This document shows, piece by piece, positions 20,224-29,949 of a DNA stretch of 64,000 nt (position 1 is the stretch's first letter; every line of letters begins with the position of its first letter). The translations under genes and the position numbers were made by a program. The notes beneath the pieces were generated by a model. The model saw nothing but the letters and a program-made list of their open reading frames with translations, was not told where the DNA came from and ran no database searches. Source of the DNA: an uncultured delta proteobacterium. GTDB lineage: Bacteria > Myxococcota_A > Polyangia > Polyangiales > Houyiibacteriaceae. The DNA lies in assembly GCA_963699755.1 (NCBI GenBank), contig CAVOVB010000010.1:128001-192000 (forward strand), written 5' to 3'.

Positions 20224-20550
20224 GTGAAACCCATCATCCGAGTGATTCTCAGCGCCGCCTTGGTTTGGATCTTCTCCGCGTCGGCGGTCTTGCTGAAACC
20301 TCCGGAAGCGGAGGCGGGAAGCTGCTACCGCGTCTGAGCGGGAGCGCGGAGCAACGGCTCGTACTTCCGGCACATCGTATATGTCGAAAACGATTGCGAG
20401 TATTGGCTGCAATGCTCGCTGTGGACCGATGCCGATCCCGGAGCGACCAAGATGGTCACGGTCGGGCCGGGAATGACTGAGCAAGTCGAAACCAGCGGCA
20501 GCTCGAAAAACGACGACTCCAAAGGCTTCGGCGCCTGCCGTCGCCAATAG
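20224..20550 (+). pseudogene. Small secreted Cys-containing protein with one in-frame TGA
   Basis: VKPIIRVILSAALVWIFSASAVLLKPPEAEAGSCYRV*AGARSNGSYFRHIVYVENDCEYWLQCSLWTD...GACRRQ; TGA at 20335-20337. Confidence 0.65.
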
Positions 20551-20697
20551 GGGCACGATCAAGTAGTCAAAGGAGCCCGGCGTCTGGTGCCGTCTTCTCG
20601 CTACGCGAGCTACGCTGCCGTCATGGCGCGTGTCCTCGTGTCGGTTGCAAGGGATTGGCGTCGCACCGCACTGACATGCACGTGGGGCATTGATACG

Positions 20698-20919
20698 ATG
20701 CGTAGACTCGGAATGAAGCTGGTCTTGGTGGGCGTTCTCCTGCACGGATGCAGTAATCAGAGCAAGACCAACACCAGCTATGACGCCTCTACCAACAATC
20801 CGTCTTCCATGGGATCCAGCCAAGGGGCGCCCGAACGGGAGGTTTCGCCCGAGCACCGAATGCCGGAGCCGCCAAAGATCAAAGCGGACGACATGGAGCG
20901 GACAGGGACAGGCGAATAG
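20698..20919 (+). CDS. Small lipoprotein (73 aa)
   Basis: MRRLGMKLVLVGVLLHGC lipobox followed by a polar, probably disordered tail. Confidence 0.6.
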   Translation: MRRLGMKLVLVGVLLHGCSNQSKTNTSYDASTNNPSSMGSSQGAPEREVSPEHRMPEPPKIKADDMERTGTGE

Positions 20920-20967
20920 GTCAGGGCTGCAAGCCCCGCCAGAACCGGCTACGATTGCGCCGCGCAG

Positions 20968-22088
20968 ATGGCACGCCATGCTCTGAAGCTCGCCGTCGTG
21001 TGCGGTCTTTGGCTTCCCACTTGGGTTGGGGCTCAAGATGCGCCCGAGCCATACGAAAGAACGCAGAGCCGATTCCTGGATGGGCTCGACTGGCAGGTGA
21101 TGGCGAGCGGCTTCTACCTGTTCAACGCGAACCGGGTTTCTGGCCCCTACAATGAGCTGAACTACCCGTACACTGGCTATATCGGATTTGGGCTGAACTT
21201 CGTCGGCGGCGACGTGACCTACACGGGAGAAAATTTTGCGGTCACCGTCGGGCTACGTTGGGGAAGCGGGGCTTCTCAGTTGAGCGCTTTGGCACCTCTC
21301 AAGCAGGGGTTCGTGAGTTGGATTGCATGCGAGAAGCTCACGCTCGACTTCGGCTGGTTCGACAGCATTTATGGTTTCGAGGTTGCCGACGAGTGGCAAA
21401 ACCCCACCTTCACGCGCGGAGCAGTCTACTTCCTACAACAGCCGTTCAATCACCTCGGCTTGCGTATGGCGACGCGCTTCAACGAGCGCGTCGCGCTCAA
21501 GACGCTGGTCGTGAACGACGGCGTCGCGGTAGGAAAGGTGGGCGGCTCCCCCATAGACATCGACGAGACCCCTGCCCTCGGCGTGCGGCTCGACTTGTCG
21601 CTGGTCGATACGGTCACCCTCGAGTTGGGGTACTTGGCGGGCGCAAGCGGCTTCAACGGAAACAGAGCTTGGGGACAATTTTCGACCTGATCCTCTCCGG
21701 CACCATCAAGCGATTCACGCTGACGCTCAACGCCAACGCAACGCTCGACCCACCCGTGAGCGGCGGCCAACACTCCTACGGCGTGGCGCTTTCCGGCGAC
21801 ATGATGGTGCACGATCACTGGAGGATTGGCGCGCGCGTCGAATACCTGGGCGGCACGGTCGAGCTTCCCGCCGGTAAAGACCCCGATTTGGTCACGGTCA
21901 CGGCCGTCGTGCGATACATTCCGGTACAGTACCTCGTGATCTCGCTCGAGCCGCGCTTCGAGCATTCACCTCAAGAGCTCTTCTTCACGCGCAGCTCACC
22001 AACAGATCCGACTACCGGGAGCCGCATCGCAAACGGCAACCTCTATTTCGGCGTAGTGCTCGGCGTGAGTGCCTACATCGGCAACTGA
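20968..22088 (+). pseudogene. Outer-membrane beta-barrel porin (BBP2/OmpL-like), single frameshift near 21680
   Basis: Signal peptide; LDFGWFDSIYGFEVADEWQN..FTRG..YF.QQPF.H.G motif; adding one T in caa-tttt-cgac restores QFFDLIL... and a beta-strand C-terminus (VLGVSAYIGN). Confidence 0.8.
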
Positions 22089-22099
22089 CCGGCCCATCC

Positions 22100-22640
22100 C
22101 ACCGTCCGGCCCGCCGATTGGGAGCAGGAGATCGCGTTGGTCTTGGACGAAAATGAAGGGCCCAAGCGCCGCACCGAACGACAGACCGCCATCGTCCGGC
22201 TTCTGGTTGTGCTCCTCAAGCTCTCGGGGTTCCGTCTCGATGAGCAGCGCCTGCCTGACGGGACAGCCAAGGCCGAAGTCCTGCGTGCGGTCGATCGCAG
22301 CAAAGACGCCCTTTCACTGAAGTCCATGCTGCGCCTGCTGCGGCTCTCGCCGGCCCGCTATCTCGCTTGGAAGCGAGCCGACGAACGCGGCGAGCTCGGC
22401 GGCGCGTCTACCCCGAAAAACCAAAGACCAGTATTCGGGCGACTCACGCAAATGAATACTGGCACATCGACGTGACGGTCATCCGACTTCTCGACGACAC
22501 CAAGGCGTACCTCCACGCCGTCATCGACAACTTCTCGCGTCGGATCTTGTCGTGCCGCCTTGCCGGGCGGCTTGATCCCAGTACCACGTGTGAGATCTTC
22601 AAGGAGGCCGGCAAGAATCTTGGCCTGACGCCGACCAGTC
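22100..22640 (+). mobile_element. DDE (rve integrase-core) IS transposase remnant
   Basis: RLPDGTAKAEVLRAV...LRLSPARY.AW, then after a deletion/frameshift RVYPEKPK..IRAT..NEYWHIDVT...YLHAVIDNFSRRIL; truncated before the remaining catalytic residues. Confidence 0.8.
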
Positions 22641-22694
22641 AACAATCCATGAGCGTTATCAACGCCATCGCAAATGCGCCGCCGCGACTCCAGA

Positions 22695-23477
22695 ATGTTT
22701 CTGGACGCAGCAGCGCTCATCGAGCAGGACGACACGGGCGATGCGAAAGAGCCCCGGCTGGCGGGCAGCTTGGGCGGCAACGCCGTGGCCGTCTGGCTCC
22801 AATGGGACGGCGACCGCCACAATGTGTGGGCCAACATCTATGATGTAGGGGCTGGTTGGCGAGCTGCCCAAGCCATCGAAGATCGCAGTGGAGAGGCGGA
22901 GGCTCCCCATGTGGCGATGAGCCCCGCCGGAGGCACAGCGATCGCGGTGTGGAGCCAACCCGACGACGGCACGCTCGTTCGAGTCTGGGCCAAGCGCTAC
23001 GAGATGGGCTGGGGCGAGCCCGAGCCCCTCGAGGCCGACACCGGCGTGCCGTCCATGCCGGAAGTGGCGATGGACCCCGCTGGCAACGCCGTCGCGGTTT
23101 GGGTGCAGAGGGACGGCACCACCCAAAACCTCATGGCGAAGCGTTATGAATATGCGGGCGGTTGGCAAGCCGCTGAGGCCATCGACCAGGGCGACGGCGA
23201 TGCCTCGAGGCCGCACGTGGCGATGGATCCCACCGGTAACGCCATGGCGGTCTGGCAGCAGAGCGACCGCTTCCAATCCAACATCTGGTCGAGGCACTAC
23301 GACGCCGGGACCCGACGATGGGGCGAGGCCGAGCTCGTGGAAACCCGCGACGGCACTGCCTCGGCGCCCCGCGTGAGCATGGATGCCGAGGGCAATGCCA
23401 TTGCAGTCTGGTATCAGTGGGACGAGACCCTCAGCCACAACGACATCTGGGCCAACCGCTGGGCACCGGCTCAGTGA
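22695..23477 (+). CDS. Beta-propeller-like repeat protein (five repeats of about 50 aa), probably N-terminally truncated
   Basis: Repeat unit P.VAMD..GNA.AVW.Q.D....N.WA.RY....W occurs five times; no signal peptide; begins right after the IS remnant. Confidence 0.75.
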   Translation: MFLDAAALIEQDDTGDAKEPRLAGSLGGNAVAVWLQWDGDRHNVWANIYDVGAGWRAAQAIEDRSGEAEAPHVAMSPAGGTAIAVWSQPDDGTLVRVWAKRYEMGWGEPEPLEADTGVPSMPEVAMDPAGNAVAVWVQRDGTTQNLMAKRYEYAGGWQAAEAIDQGDGDASRPHVAMDPTGNAMAVWQQSDRFQSNIWSRHYDAGTRRWGEAELVETRDGTASAPRVSMDAEGNAIAVWYQWDETLSHNDIWANRWAPAQ

Positions 23478-23522
23478 AAGTTCGTCGACTCTCGACGAGA
23501 AGAGATCACGGCCAAGTGACGT

Positions 23523-24662
23523 TCAGGGTTGCGGGCCGGGCGGTCGAGGCCGAGAACCAAGAGTGACTGGCGGCGGAACGCGCTCCCACTGCCCATCGGG
23601 CCGCAGCGTCATCTCTGCCGTGTACGCATCGTCCAAGAACTGCGCGAGGCCTGCAAAGAAGGCGAAGTGGTCATACACCTTGGGGCGACTCGGATGGAAC
23701 GGTAGGCCGACCTCGGCGATGTGGTCTGCCCGGAGCGCCCCGAGCGGTTGCCAGTCGTGTCGCGCCTCGGCGCCAGCCGGCAGCGTGGTTTCGCCGCCCC
23801 CTGCGCGGAGCTCGGTCCCGAAGAGCGAGCTCGTCACGGTCACCAAGCCGTCGTTTGGGCCGCCGCCTTCGGCTGATGGCTGCCGATTCAGGAGCTCGTA
23901 GCTCGGACGAAGCAGCGGGGCGACCGCACGAGCCGAGATGGGATCGCCTGCAACGGCGTAATACCTCACCCCTGGTGCGTCTCGAATGATGCGGTTGAAA
24001 TCCCGAAGCATGAACTTGCGCGTGAGCGCGGTGACGGCGTCGTCGATGTTCTGCGGCCGCTTCGTGACGAGGAAGGCGATCAGCTCCATCGTCCGCTTGA
24101 TGCTTTCCACGGCCTCGTAGTGCCCCGGAATCTTCTGATCGATTGCATCTGCGACGTACGAGCCGAAGTGCGGGGTGGCGATGGTCGTCACCGAGGCCAC
24201 CCGCTCCGAATAGCCACGTCCGGTCAGCGCGCCGATTTCTGTTTCCTCCGGCGGCCCGGGGGGCGCGACTAGAACGCGAGCGTCGAGCCCACCCTGACTG
24301 TGCCCGACCAGATGTACTTTTCGTGCGCCTGTTGTCGCGCGGATCTCTTCGATGGCCTGCTCCCACTGCGCAGCTCGGGCGAGCGGGTCGTCGAAAGGCG
24401 CCACCTCCGGCGCAAATGCCCGATAGCCCATGGCATTGAGCAATCGGCGCACGCTTTCGAAATACTCGAGCAAAATCCATCGGCCTACCTGGATCTCCCG
24501 GAAACCCGCAAAACCATGCATCAGCACGATCGGCTCACAGGAGGTGCGTGTGGGGTGCGCAGGCGCTTGCTCCACGGCATGAAGCGCCGACGCGGCCAAC
24601 GCTTTTCCGCCAAGCGCCAAAATCCGTCCGCCCGACCTGACGAGCTCTACGCTCTTCATCAT
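23523..24662 (-). CDS. Lipase/esterase, alpha/beta hydrolase
   Basis: PIVLMHGF, nucleophile GHSQGG, TIATPHFGS, NDGLV, ADH; GGAGG RBS. Confidence 0.92.
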   Translation of the reverse strand: MMKSVELVRSGGRILALGGKALAASALHAVEQAPAHPTRTSCEPIVLMHGFAGFREIQVGRWILLEYFESVRRLLNAMGYRAFAPEVAPFDDPLARAAQWEQAIEEIRATTGARKVHLVGHSQGGLDARVLVAPPGPPEETEIGALTGRGYSERVASVTTIATPHFGSYVADAIDQKIPGHYEAVESIKRTMELIAFLVTKRPQNIDDAVTALTRKFMLRDFNRIIRDAPGVRYYAVAGDPISARAVAPLLRPSYELLNRQPSAEGGGPNDGLVTVTSSLFGTELRAGGGETTLPAGAEARHDWQPLGALRADHIAEVGLPFHPSRPKVYDHFAFFAGLAQFLDDAYTAEMTLRPDGQWERVPPPVTLGSRPRPPGPQP

Positions 24663-24993
24663 GACCACCTCCGATCGTCCTTCACTGACGAATGCACAGG
24701 GCGTGCCAGCAAATCACTCAGAAGACGGCTCAGCGCGCGCGAGGATTGCGTCGGTCAGCCGCGTTGACGCAGTCGTTGCGCGGCCACTACCCTGGATTGC
24801 GGCAGGCCTCGACGTCTGCTTTCGAGAGCCCGAGCGCGCATCACTTGCGTTTGATGGGCGTCTTGCGCACAAAATTCGCCTTGGCCGGAGACCTCATCCG
24901 CCTCGCTGGCTTGCTTTCCGGCCTTTCTGCGCCGATCCAGTAACGGTGTTCGTTGGTACGCGGATCGCATGCATCCCTCGATGGAGGTGCGCC

Positions 24994-26304
24994 ATGGGAC
25001 ACATGAGCCAACTCAAGGAAGAGTATCGGGCGCTGATGGAACGACTCGACCATCACGCGGTCTCCATGCCGAGGCCGGAGGATGAGCATGCACTCGAGGG
25101 CTGGCGCGAGTTGCTCGAGGTCATGTACACGCCGGACGAGGCCGAGCTCGCATCACGGATGCCAATGGTGCCGACGTCGCTCAGACGCTTGGCCCGACGC
25201 TACGACATGCCCGAAGCGGAGCTGAAGGATAGGCTCGAGCCCTTGTGCGACAAGGGGCTAGTCATGGACTTGGTCAGCCCCAAGACCGGCGAGGCGAAGT
25301 ATCTCCTCGCGCCGCCCGTCGTTGGCTTCTTCGAGTTCTCGATGATGCGCGCGCACGACATGTTCGACAAGCTGGCAGTCGCAAAAGCGATGGACGCGTA
25401 CATGCACGGTGACGACACCTTCGCTCGCGAGGTGTTTGGTAATGATACCGTCATCGGACGTGCCATGGTGCACGAGGATGTGCTGTCCCAAGGAATTCCC
25501 GAAGTGCTCGACTGGGAGCGCACGACGAAGCTCATCGAGGAATCCGAACGGATCGCCGTCTCCCATTGCTACTGTCGGCACAAGGCCGAGCATCTGGGCA
25601 GGGCTTGTGACGTTCCCCAAGAGATCTGTCTGTCGCTCAACGGCGGGGCAGACTTCGTCATTCGGCGCGGCTTCGGTCGTCCGATCGAAAAGCAAGAGGC
25701 TCTGAGCATCGTGAAAAAGGCGCGGAAGCTCGGTCTGGTCCAGATCGCCGACAACGTGAAAAACGAGCCCGCCTACGTCTGCAATTGCTGTGCATGCTGC
25801 TGCGGGCAGCTTTCGAGCATCAACGAGTTCGGGCTCAAGGCGGTCAACCCCAGCGGTTTCGAGCCGGCGTACCACCCCGACGATTGCAAAGGCTGCTCGC
25901 GCTGCTCTCGGGCGTGTCCCGTCGCGGCAATCACGATGGCGCCTGCGCGCGCCGGAGGGCAACGCAAGAACGAGCTGCGCGCAGTCTTCGATTCGGATCT
26001 CTGCATCGGTTGCGGCGTTTGCGCCACGACCTGCAAGCAGCACGCGATCAACATGCAGCGGCGCGACAAGCCGAGCCACGTGCCCGAGAACACCATCGAG
26101 CGGGTGGTACGCCAGATGGTCGAGCACGGTCGCCTGGCCGACCTTCTCTTCGACGAGAGCGAGAGCCGGGGCGCGGCGTTTTTCAACCACGCCGTGCAGG
26201 CGATCACCAAGCTTCCTCCCGCGCAGCGGGCGCTTGCTTCGGATCAGGTGAGATCGCGCTTCGTGCAGTTCGTGGTCAAGAACGCACCGGTCACCGACGC
26301 CTGA
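24994..26304 (+). CDS. Poly-[4Fe-4S] protein (ferredoxin dicluster plus CNCCxCCC domain)
   Basis: CYCR, C....EIC, CNCCACCC, CKGCSRCSRACP, CIGCGVCATTC; GGAGG RBS. Confidence 0.9.
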   Translation: MGHMSQLKEEYRALMERLDHHAVSMPRPEDEHALEGWRELLEVMYTPDEAELASRMPMVPTSLRRLARRYDMPEAELKDRLEPLCDKGLVMDLVSPKTGEAKYLLAPPVVGFFEFSMMRAHDMFDKLAVAKAMDAYMHGDDTFAREVFGNDTVIGRAMVHEDVLSQGIPEVLDWERTTKLIEESERIAVSHCYCRHKAEHLGRACDVPQEICLSLNGGADFVIRRGFGRPIEKQEALSIVKKARKLGLVQIADNVKNEPAYVCNCCACCCGQLSSINEFGLKAVNPSGFEPAYHPDDCKGCSRCSRACPVAAITMAPARAGGQRKNELRAVFDSDLCIGCGVCATTCKQHAINMQRRDKPSHVPENTIERVVRQMVEHGRLADLLFDESESRGAAFFNHAVQAITKLPPAQRALASDQVRSRFVQFVVKNAPVTDA

Positions 26305-26322
26305 GGCTTTCGGGGAGTGGCA

Positions 26323-27465
26323 ATGGACACGAGTGACGCAGGACCGAACGAATTTTCGGTAGTCACGACGATCGCCGAGCGCATCAAAGATCTCATTGGC
26401 CAGCTCAACAGAGACCGCATCATCGATTTGTTCGGCCAGCATCTACGACAGCTTCGCTTGATCGACGGCACGGGCAGATGGCAAGCGCAGAAACTGACGG
26501 CACTCGGCGACTGGCTGCGAGGCGAAGAGCTCGACATGCACGACGCGCTCGACCTCGTCGACGAGGCAGCTCGCTGCGCTCGGGCCAACCCGTATCTCGT
26601 CGAGCTCCTGAATCAGGCCAAAGGCAAGGCCTCCGAGCGTCTGCGTCACAAGGTGCAAACCGAGGGAGCAACGGTTCTACCCTCGGTTGTGACCTACGGG
26701 TTGCTTCTCGAGCGCCTGACCCGAGCCATGCGCGACGATTGGGAGGTCATCGAAGCCTGCCGCGAGGTATGGCTCCGAGCTCGAGACGAAGAAGACACGA
26801 GGAGTCACTGGGCGTCCTTCGAGGTCGCCAAGGTCGTTTCGATCGACATCACGATCGACCGGGTTATCCGGTTTCACAAGGCGGGGGCCGTGGATCCGGG
26901 CTTCACCAGATTGCTGCTGCCCGTGAACATCATCGAGGCGATGCTCGAAGACATCAGGCTGGGTCATCGAGACAACGCCGCCAGTGCGTGGCCGCTCGTC
27001 AAGGACCGGCCTGGGTCACGGGCGCGCGCGGCGAAAACCGGCGGGGTCGCTGCGCGTTGGTCGGAGGACAGGAAAGCGATCTTGTTGAGCTTCGCGCTGC
27101 CACGCCGATGGGCGGATTTGTATGCGACCTGGAATCTCGCCTTCGTTTCCCACTACGGTGATTTCCCGTATCTGATGACGAAGCTGCTCATTCCTCAGGT
27201 GAACGGCTATCAGGATTCACCGGAGGAGTACATCTACAACCGCCTCTTGGCTCTGTACTGCCAACTGCACTACACGAGCTTCGGGCGTATCGACCTTGCA
27301 AGGCAGGGTCGCGCCGCGATGGATTGGCATGACGAGGCGCTCACCAAGCTCTGGAGCAGAGTCAACAAAGAGAGCGCCAAGCAGTACTCAGAGGCGGTCA
27401 AGCATCTCGAGCTCAGCGACGTAGGCGGCTCGAGAGCCGCCGCGACTAGTGGTCAATCCCATTGA
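26323..27465 (+). CDS. Hypothetical protein with weak DUF5692-like motifs in its C-terminal half
   Basis: 380-aa ORF with RBS, 18 bp after the Fe-S gene; motifs F..AK..S, NIIEA..D, W...Y.TWN.AF. Confidence 0.75.
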   Translation: MDTSDAGPNEFSVVTTIAERIKDLIGQLNRDRIIDLFGQHLRQLRLIDGTGRWQAQKLTALGDWLRGEELDMHDALDLVDEAARCARANPYLVELLNQAKGKASERLRHKVQTEGATVLPSVVTYGLLLERLTRAMRDDWEVIEACREVWLRARDEEDTRSHWASFEVAKVVSIDITIDRVIRFHKAGAVDPGFTRLLLPVNIIEAMLEDIRLGHRDNAASAWPLVKDRPGSRARAAKTGGVAARWSEDRKAILLSFALPRRWADLYATWNLAFVSHYGDFPYLMTKLLIPQVNGYQDSPEEYIYNRLLALYCQLHYTSFGRIDLARQGRAAMDWHDEALTKLWSRVNKESAKQYSEAVKHLELSDVGGSRAAATSGQSH

Positions 27466-27512
27466 CACGCTGCTCGGGCGACACGAGGCGGTCGTCGATG
27501 GCAGCTTCGGAA

Positions 27513-28600
27513 GTGGGCGCGCTAGCCCGCAAGGGAGGCAGGTCCCCAAGGAGTGTTTGGTAACTAGATCTACAAGGTTCGGTTCAGGCACCGCGGGAAG
27601 AGATTCCACCTCTCCACGGGCACGCGAAATAAGAAAGATGCTGGGTCGTCGCAGCCCGGGTCTACGCTGAGACCATCTCGGGCAACGGGCGACGGACCGA
27701 GCGAGTCGCACGAAGACCGCTCGACGCCGTAGCTGCCGACTGGCTCGATGCCATTGAACCCCCGATCGTGTCTCAAGACACGTGGAAGTACGACTTCGAG
27801 TTCTGCCGGAAGAAGCTCATTCCCCATTCCCGCCACATGGAGCTGATTACGGAGGTCCGCGTCGAGGACTACATCACGACTCGACTTCGCTCGGTGAGGC
27901 GCTCCTCGGTCAAAAAAGAGCTCGGCTCACTCCGGCGATTCATCACTTGGGCCGTGAAGAGGGGCGAGCTCGCTTCGTTCCAGTTTCCGAAGCTTCCCAA
28001 GCAAGCGAAGGGAACACGGCAGCTAGATCGACCGTTGATCGAGCTATCGCGGGAACAAGCAGAAGCTTGTGATTCGAGCCCTCCCCGTCCGCACACGAAA
28101 CGGCCATCGTCCAAGGGCTCTATTTACGGTCTTTTGGGAAACCGGCCCACGGCTCAAGGGCGTGCAGCGACTAACCTCTCCGCGGAACTTCAAGAGGGGG
28201 CCGCGGTCCTCTGGATCACCGAAGACGTCGACAAGAACGGCTACAATCGGGACCTTCCACTCACGCCCCGCGCGCGTGCGGCGCTCGACTCTGTGGCGAA
28301 GCCCAAGGGCCTTCTGTTCGGCGCATACAGCTACAAACGCATACTGCAAGCCGCAGCGTTGGACGCAGGCCTGTCCGAGTACGAGGCGCAATACATCAAC
28401 GCACGCTCGTTCCGGCATGCCGCCGTCACCGATATGACGGCGCACAGCAAGGAGCTCGCCGGCGTCTCGTACCTCGCGGGCCATCGAGATGTGCAGACCA
28501 CTTCCCGGTATGTTCATCCGCCGTTCGAAGCCGGTAAACGAGTCAACGATGCGCGCTTTCTGGACACCATTTGGGACAGGAGCGAGTTATACGAAGAAGG
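27513..28600 (+). pseudogene. Tyrosine recombinase/integrase with multiple frameshifts
   Basis: Arm-type N-terminus YKVRFRHRGKRFHLSTGTR; core-binding SSVKKELGSLRRF..WA; ETGPR box displaced into another frame (about 28070-28200); SFRHA, LAGH and TTSRY catalytic boxes. Confidence 0.88.
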
Positions 28601-28629
28601 CGAAATCGCTAACTCGTTGAAATCCTTTG

Positions 28630-28703
28630 CGGACGCGGAGGGATTCGAACCCACGACTTCTGCCTCCGGAGGGCAGCGCTCTATCCAACTGAGCTACGCG
28701 TCC
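28630..28703 (-). tRNA. tRNA-Arg (anticodon CCG), CCA not encoded
   Basis: GGACGCG-TAGCTCAGTTGGATAGAGC-G-CTGCC-CTCCGGA-GGCAG-AAGTC-GTGGGTTCGAATCCCTC-CGCGTCC-G folds into a canonical cloverleaf. Confidence 0.97.
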
Positions 28704-28810
28704 ATCCCCGTTTTTTGCCGGGTGAAGTCGTTGTTCCCGGTCGGAGACCGCCCAATGTTACAGCTCCCGTTGCAGTTGCAAGCCGACGATCGTCCTGGCC
28801 CCTCTGATGG

Positions 28811-28900
28811 CTAGGCCTCTGGCACCCTGCGCAGCAGGACAATGGCGCAGGCGATTACGAGGAACGACACCATGATGAGCGCCATCTCCAGCGGGGCCAT
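28811..28900 (-). CDS. Putative 29-aa single-TM peptide
   Basis: MAPLEMALIMVSFLVIACAIVLLRRVPEA: a hydrophobic helix followed by RR; short ORF with no other support. Confidence 0.3.
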   Translation of the reverse strand: MAPLEMALIMVSFLVIACAIVLLRRVPEA

Positions 28901-29205
28901 GCGAAACTGCTCGGGCTTCGCCGGAGATACTGGGACGCCTCCGTGGTGAGGATGAGCATCCGCCGGACCCCTGCGGGCGGCGCGACGATGAGAAGGAGCA
29001 CGCATCGATGCTTCTCGGGTAGATTCGACGAAAAGACGAGGTGTTCAACGGGGAGCTTCGGGATAAGCTATTTGGCGACAAGAGTATCGCAAGCCTTGAG
29101 GAGCAGCACATCGATTGAGCTCCGGATCGCCGTTGGCAGGCGGACCAGGTCAGATGTCAGCTCGCGCGACTTCCAACGCCGAGGGGGCGCTGAAGGAATG
29201 AAGAA

Positions 29206-29949
29206 ATGACGGTACTCGGTTGGATCGTCCTGACTGGCTTCGGAATGAGCGCGATCGCGCTGGTTGGGAGCATCACGCTCCTCATGAAAAAGGCCACGCT
29301 CGATCGAATCATCATGCCGCTCGTTGCTTTTGCGGCCGGGTCGCTTCTGGGAGGCGCATTCTTTCACATGCTCCCGGCGGCGTCGGAGAGCATCGCCGAG
29401 CCCGCGTTGGTCTACCTGTGGACACTGACCGGTTTCACCGCGTTCTTTGCGCTGGAGCAATTTCTTCATTGGCATCATTGCCATCGAGCCTCTTTGGACT
29501 GCAAGGAGCCTCTTACACGCTTGATCTTGATCGGAGATGGCCTGCACAACTTCTTGGGCGGGCTTGGCGTGGGAGCCGTGTTCCTCACGGATGTCCGACT
29601 CGGGATCGCAGCCTGGCTTGCTGCCGCTGCACACGAGGTCCCCCAGGAGCTGGGCGACTTCGGTGTGCTGATTCATGGGGGATGGAGCAGAAGAAAGGCC
29701 CTGCTGTTCAATTGGCTCTCGGGCCTCACGTTCTTGGTTGGCGGTATTACGGCATGGATGGCTTCAGCGACGCTCGAAATCTCCTTTCTCGTTCCTTTTG
29801 CAGCAGGAAACTTCATCTACATCGGGGCTTCCGACCTCGTGCCTGAAGTGAATAAGCACACCGATCCCGTCACGAACATCATTCATTTCCTATGTTTCGT
29901 GTTTGGGCTTGGACTGCTCTGGCTCATGCGATTGGCACTGACCTCCTGA
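29206..29949 (+). CDS. ZIP family metal transporter
   Basis: AFAAGSLLG.AF.H.LP, His-rich loop HWHHCH, GDGLHNF, HEVPQELGDF, AAGNFIYI. Confidence 0.95.
   Translation: MTVLGWIVLTGFGMSAIALVGSITLLMKKATLDRIIMPLVAFAAGSLLGGAFFHMLPAASESIAEPALVYLWTLTGFTAFFALEQFLHWHHCHRASLDCKEPLTRLILIGDGLHNFLGGLGVGAVFLTDVRLGIAAWLAAAAHEVPQELGDFGVLIHGGWSRRKALLFNWLSGLTFLVGGITAWMASATLEISFLVPFAAGNFIYIGASDLVPEVNKHTDPVTNIIHFLCFVFGLGLLWLMRLALTS

Noticed and set aside
20335..20337. Selenocysteine at the in-frame TGA
   Set aside because: The position is not in a redox motif, no convincing SECIS hairpin was recognised, and TGG->TGA in a decaying region is simpler.
27768..28814. ORF-track 348-aa ORF as an intact integrase
   Set aside because: It lacks the N-terminal arm domain, has a scrambled segment between compensating frameshifts, and its tail is antisense tRNA sequence.
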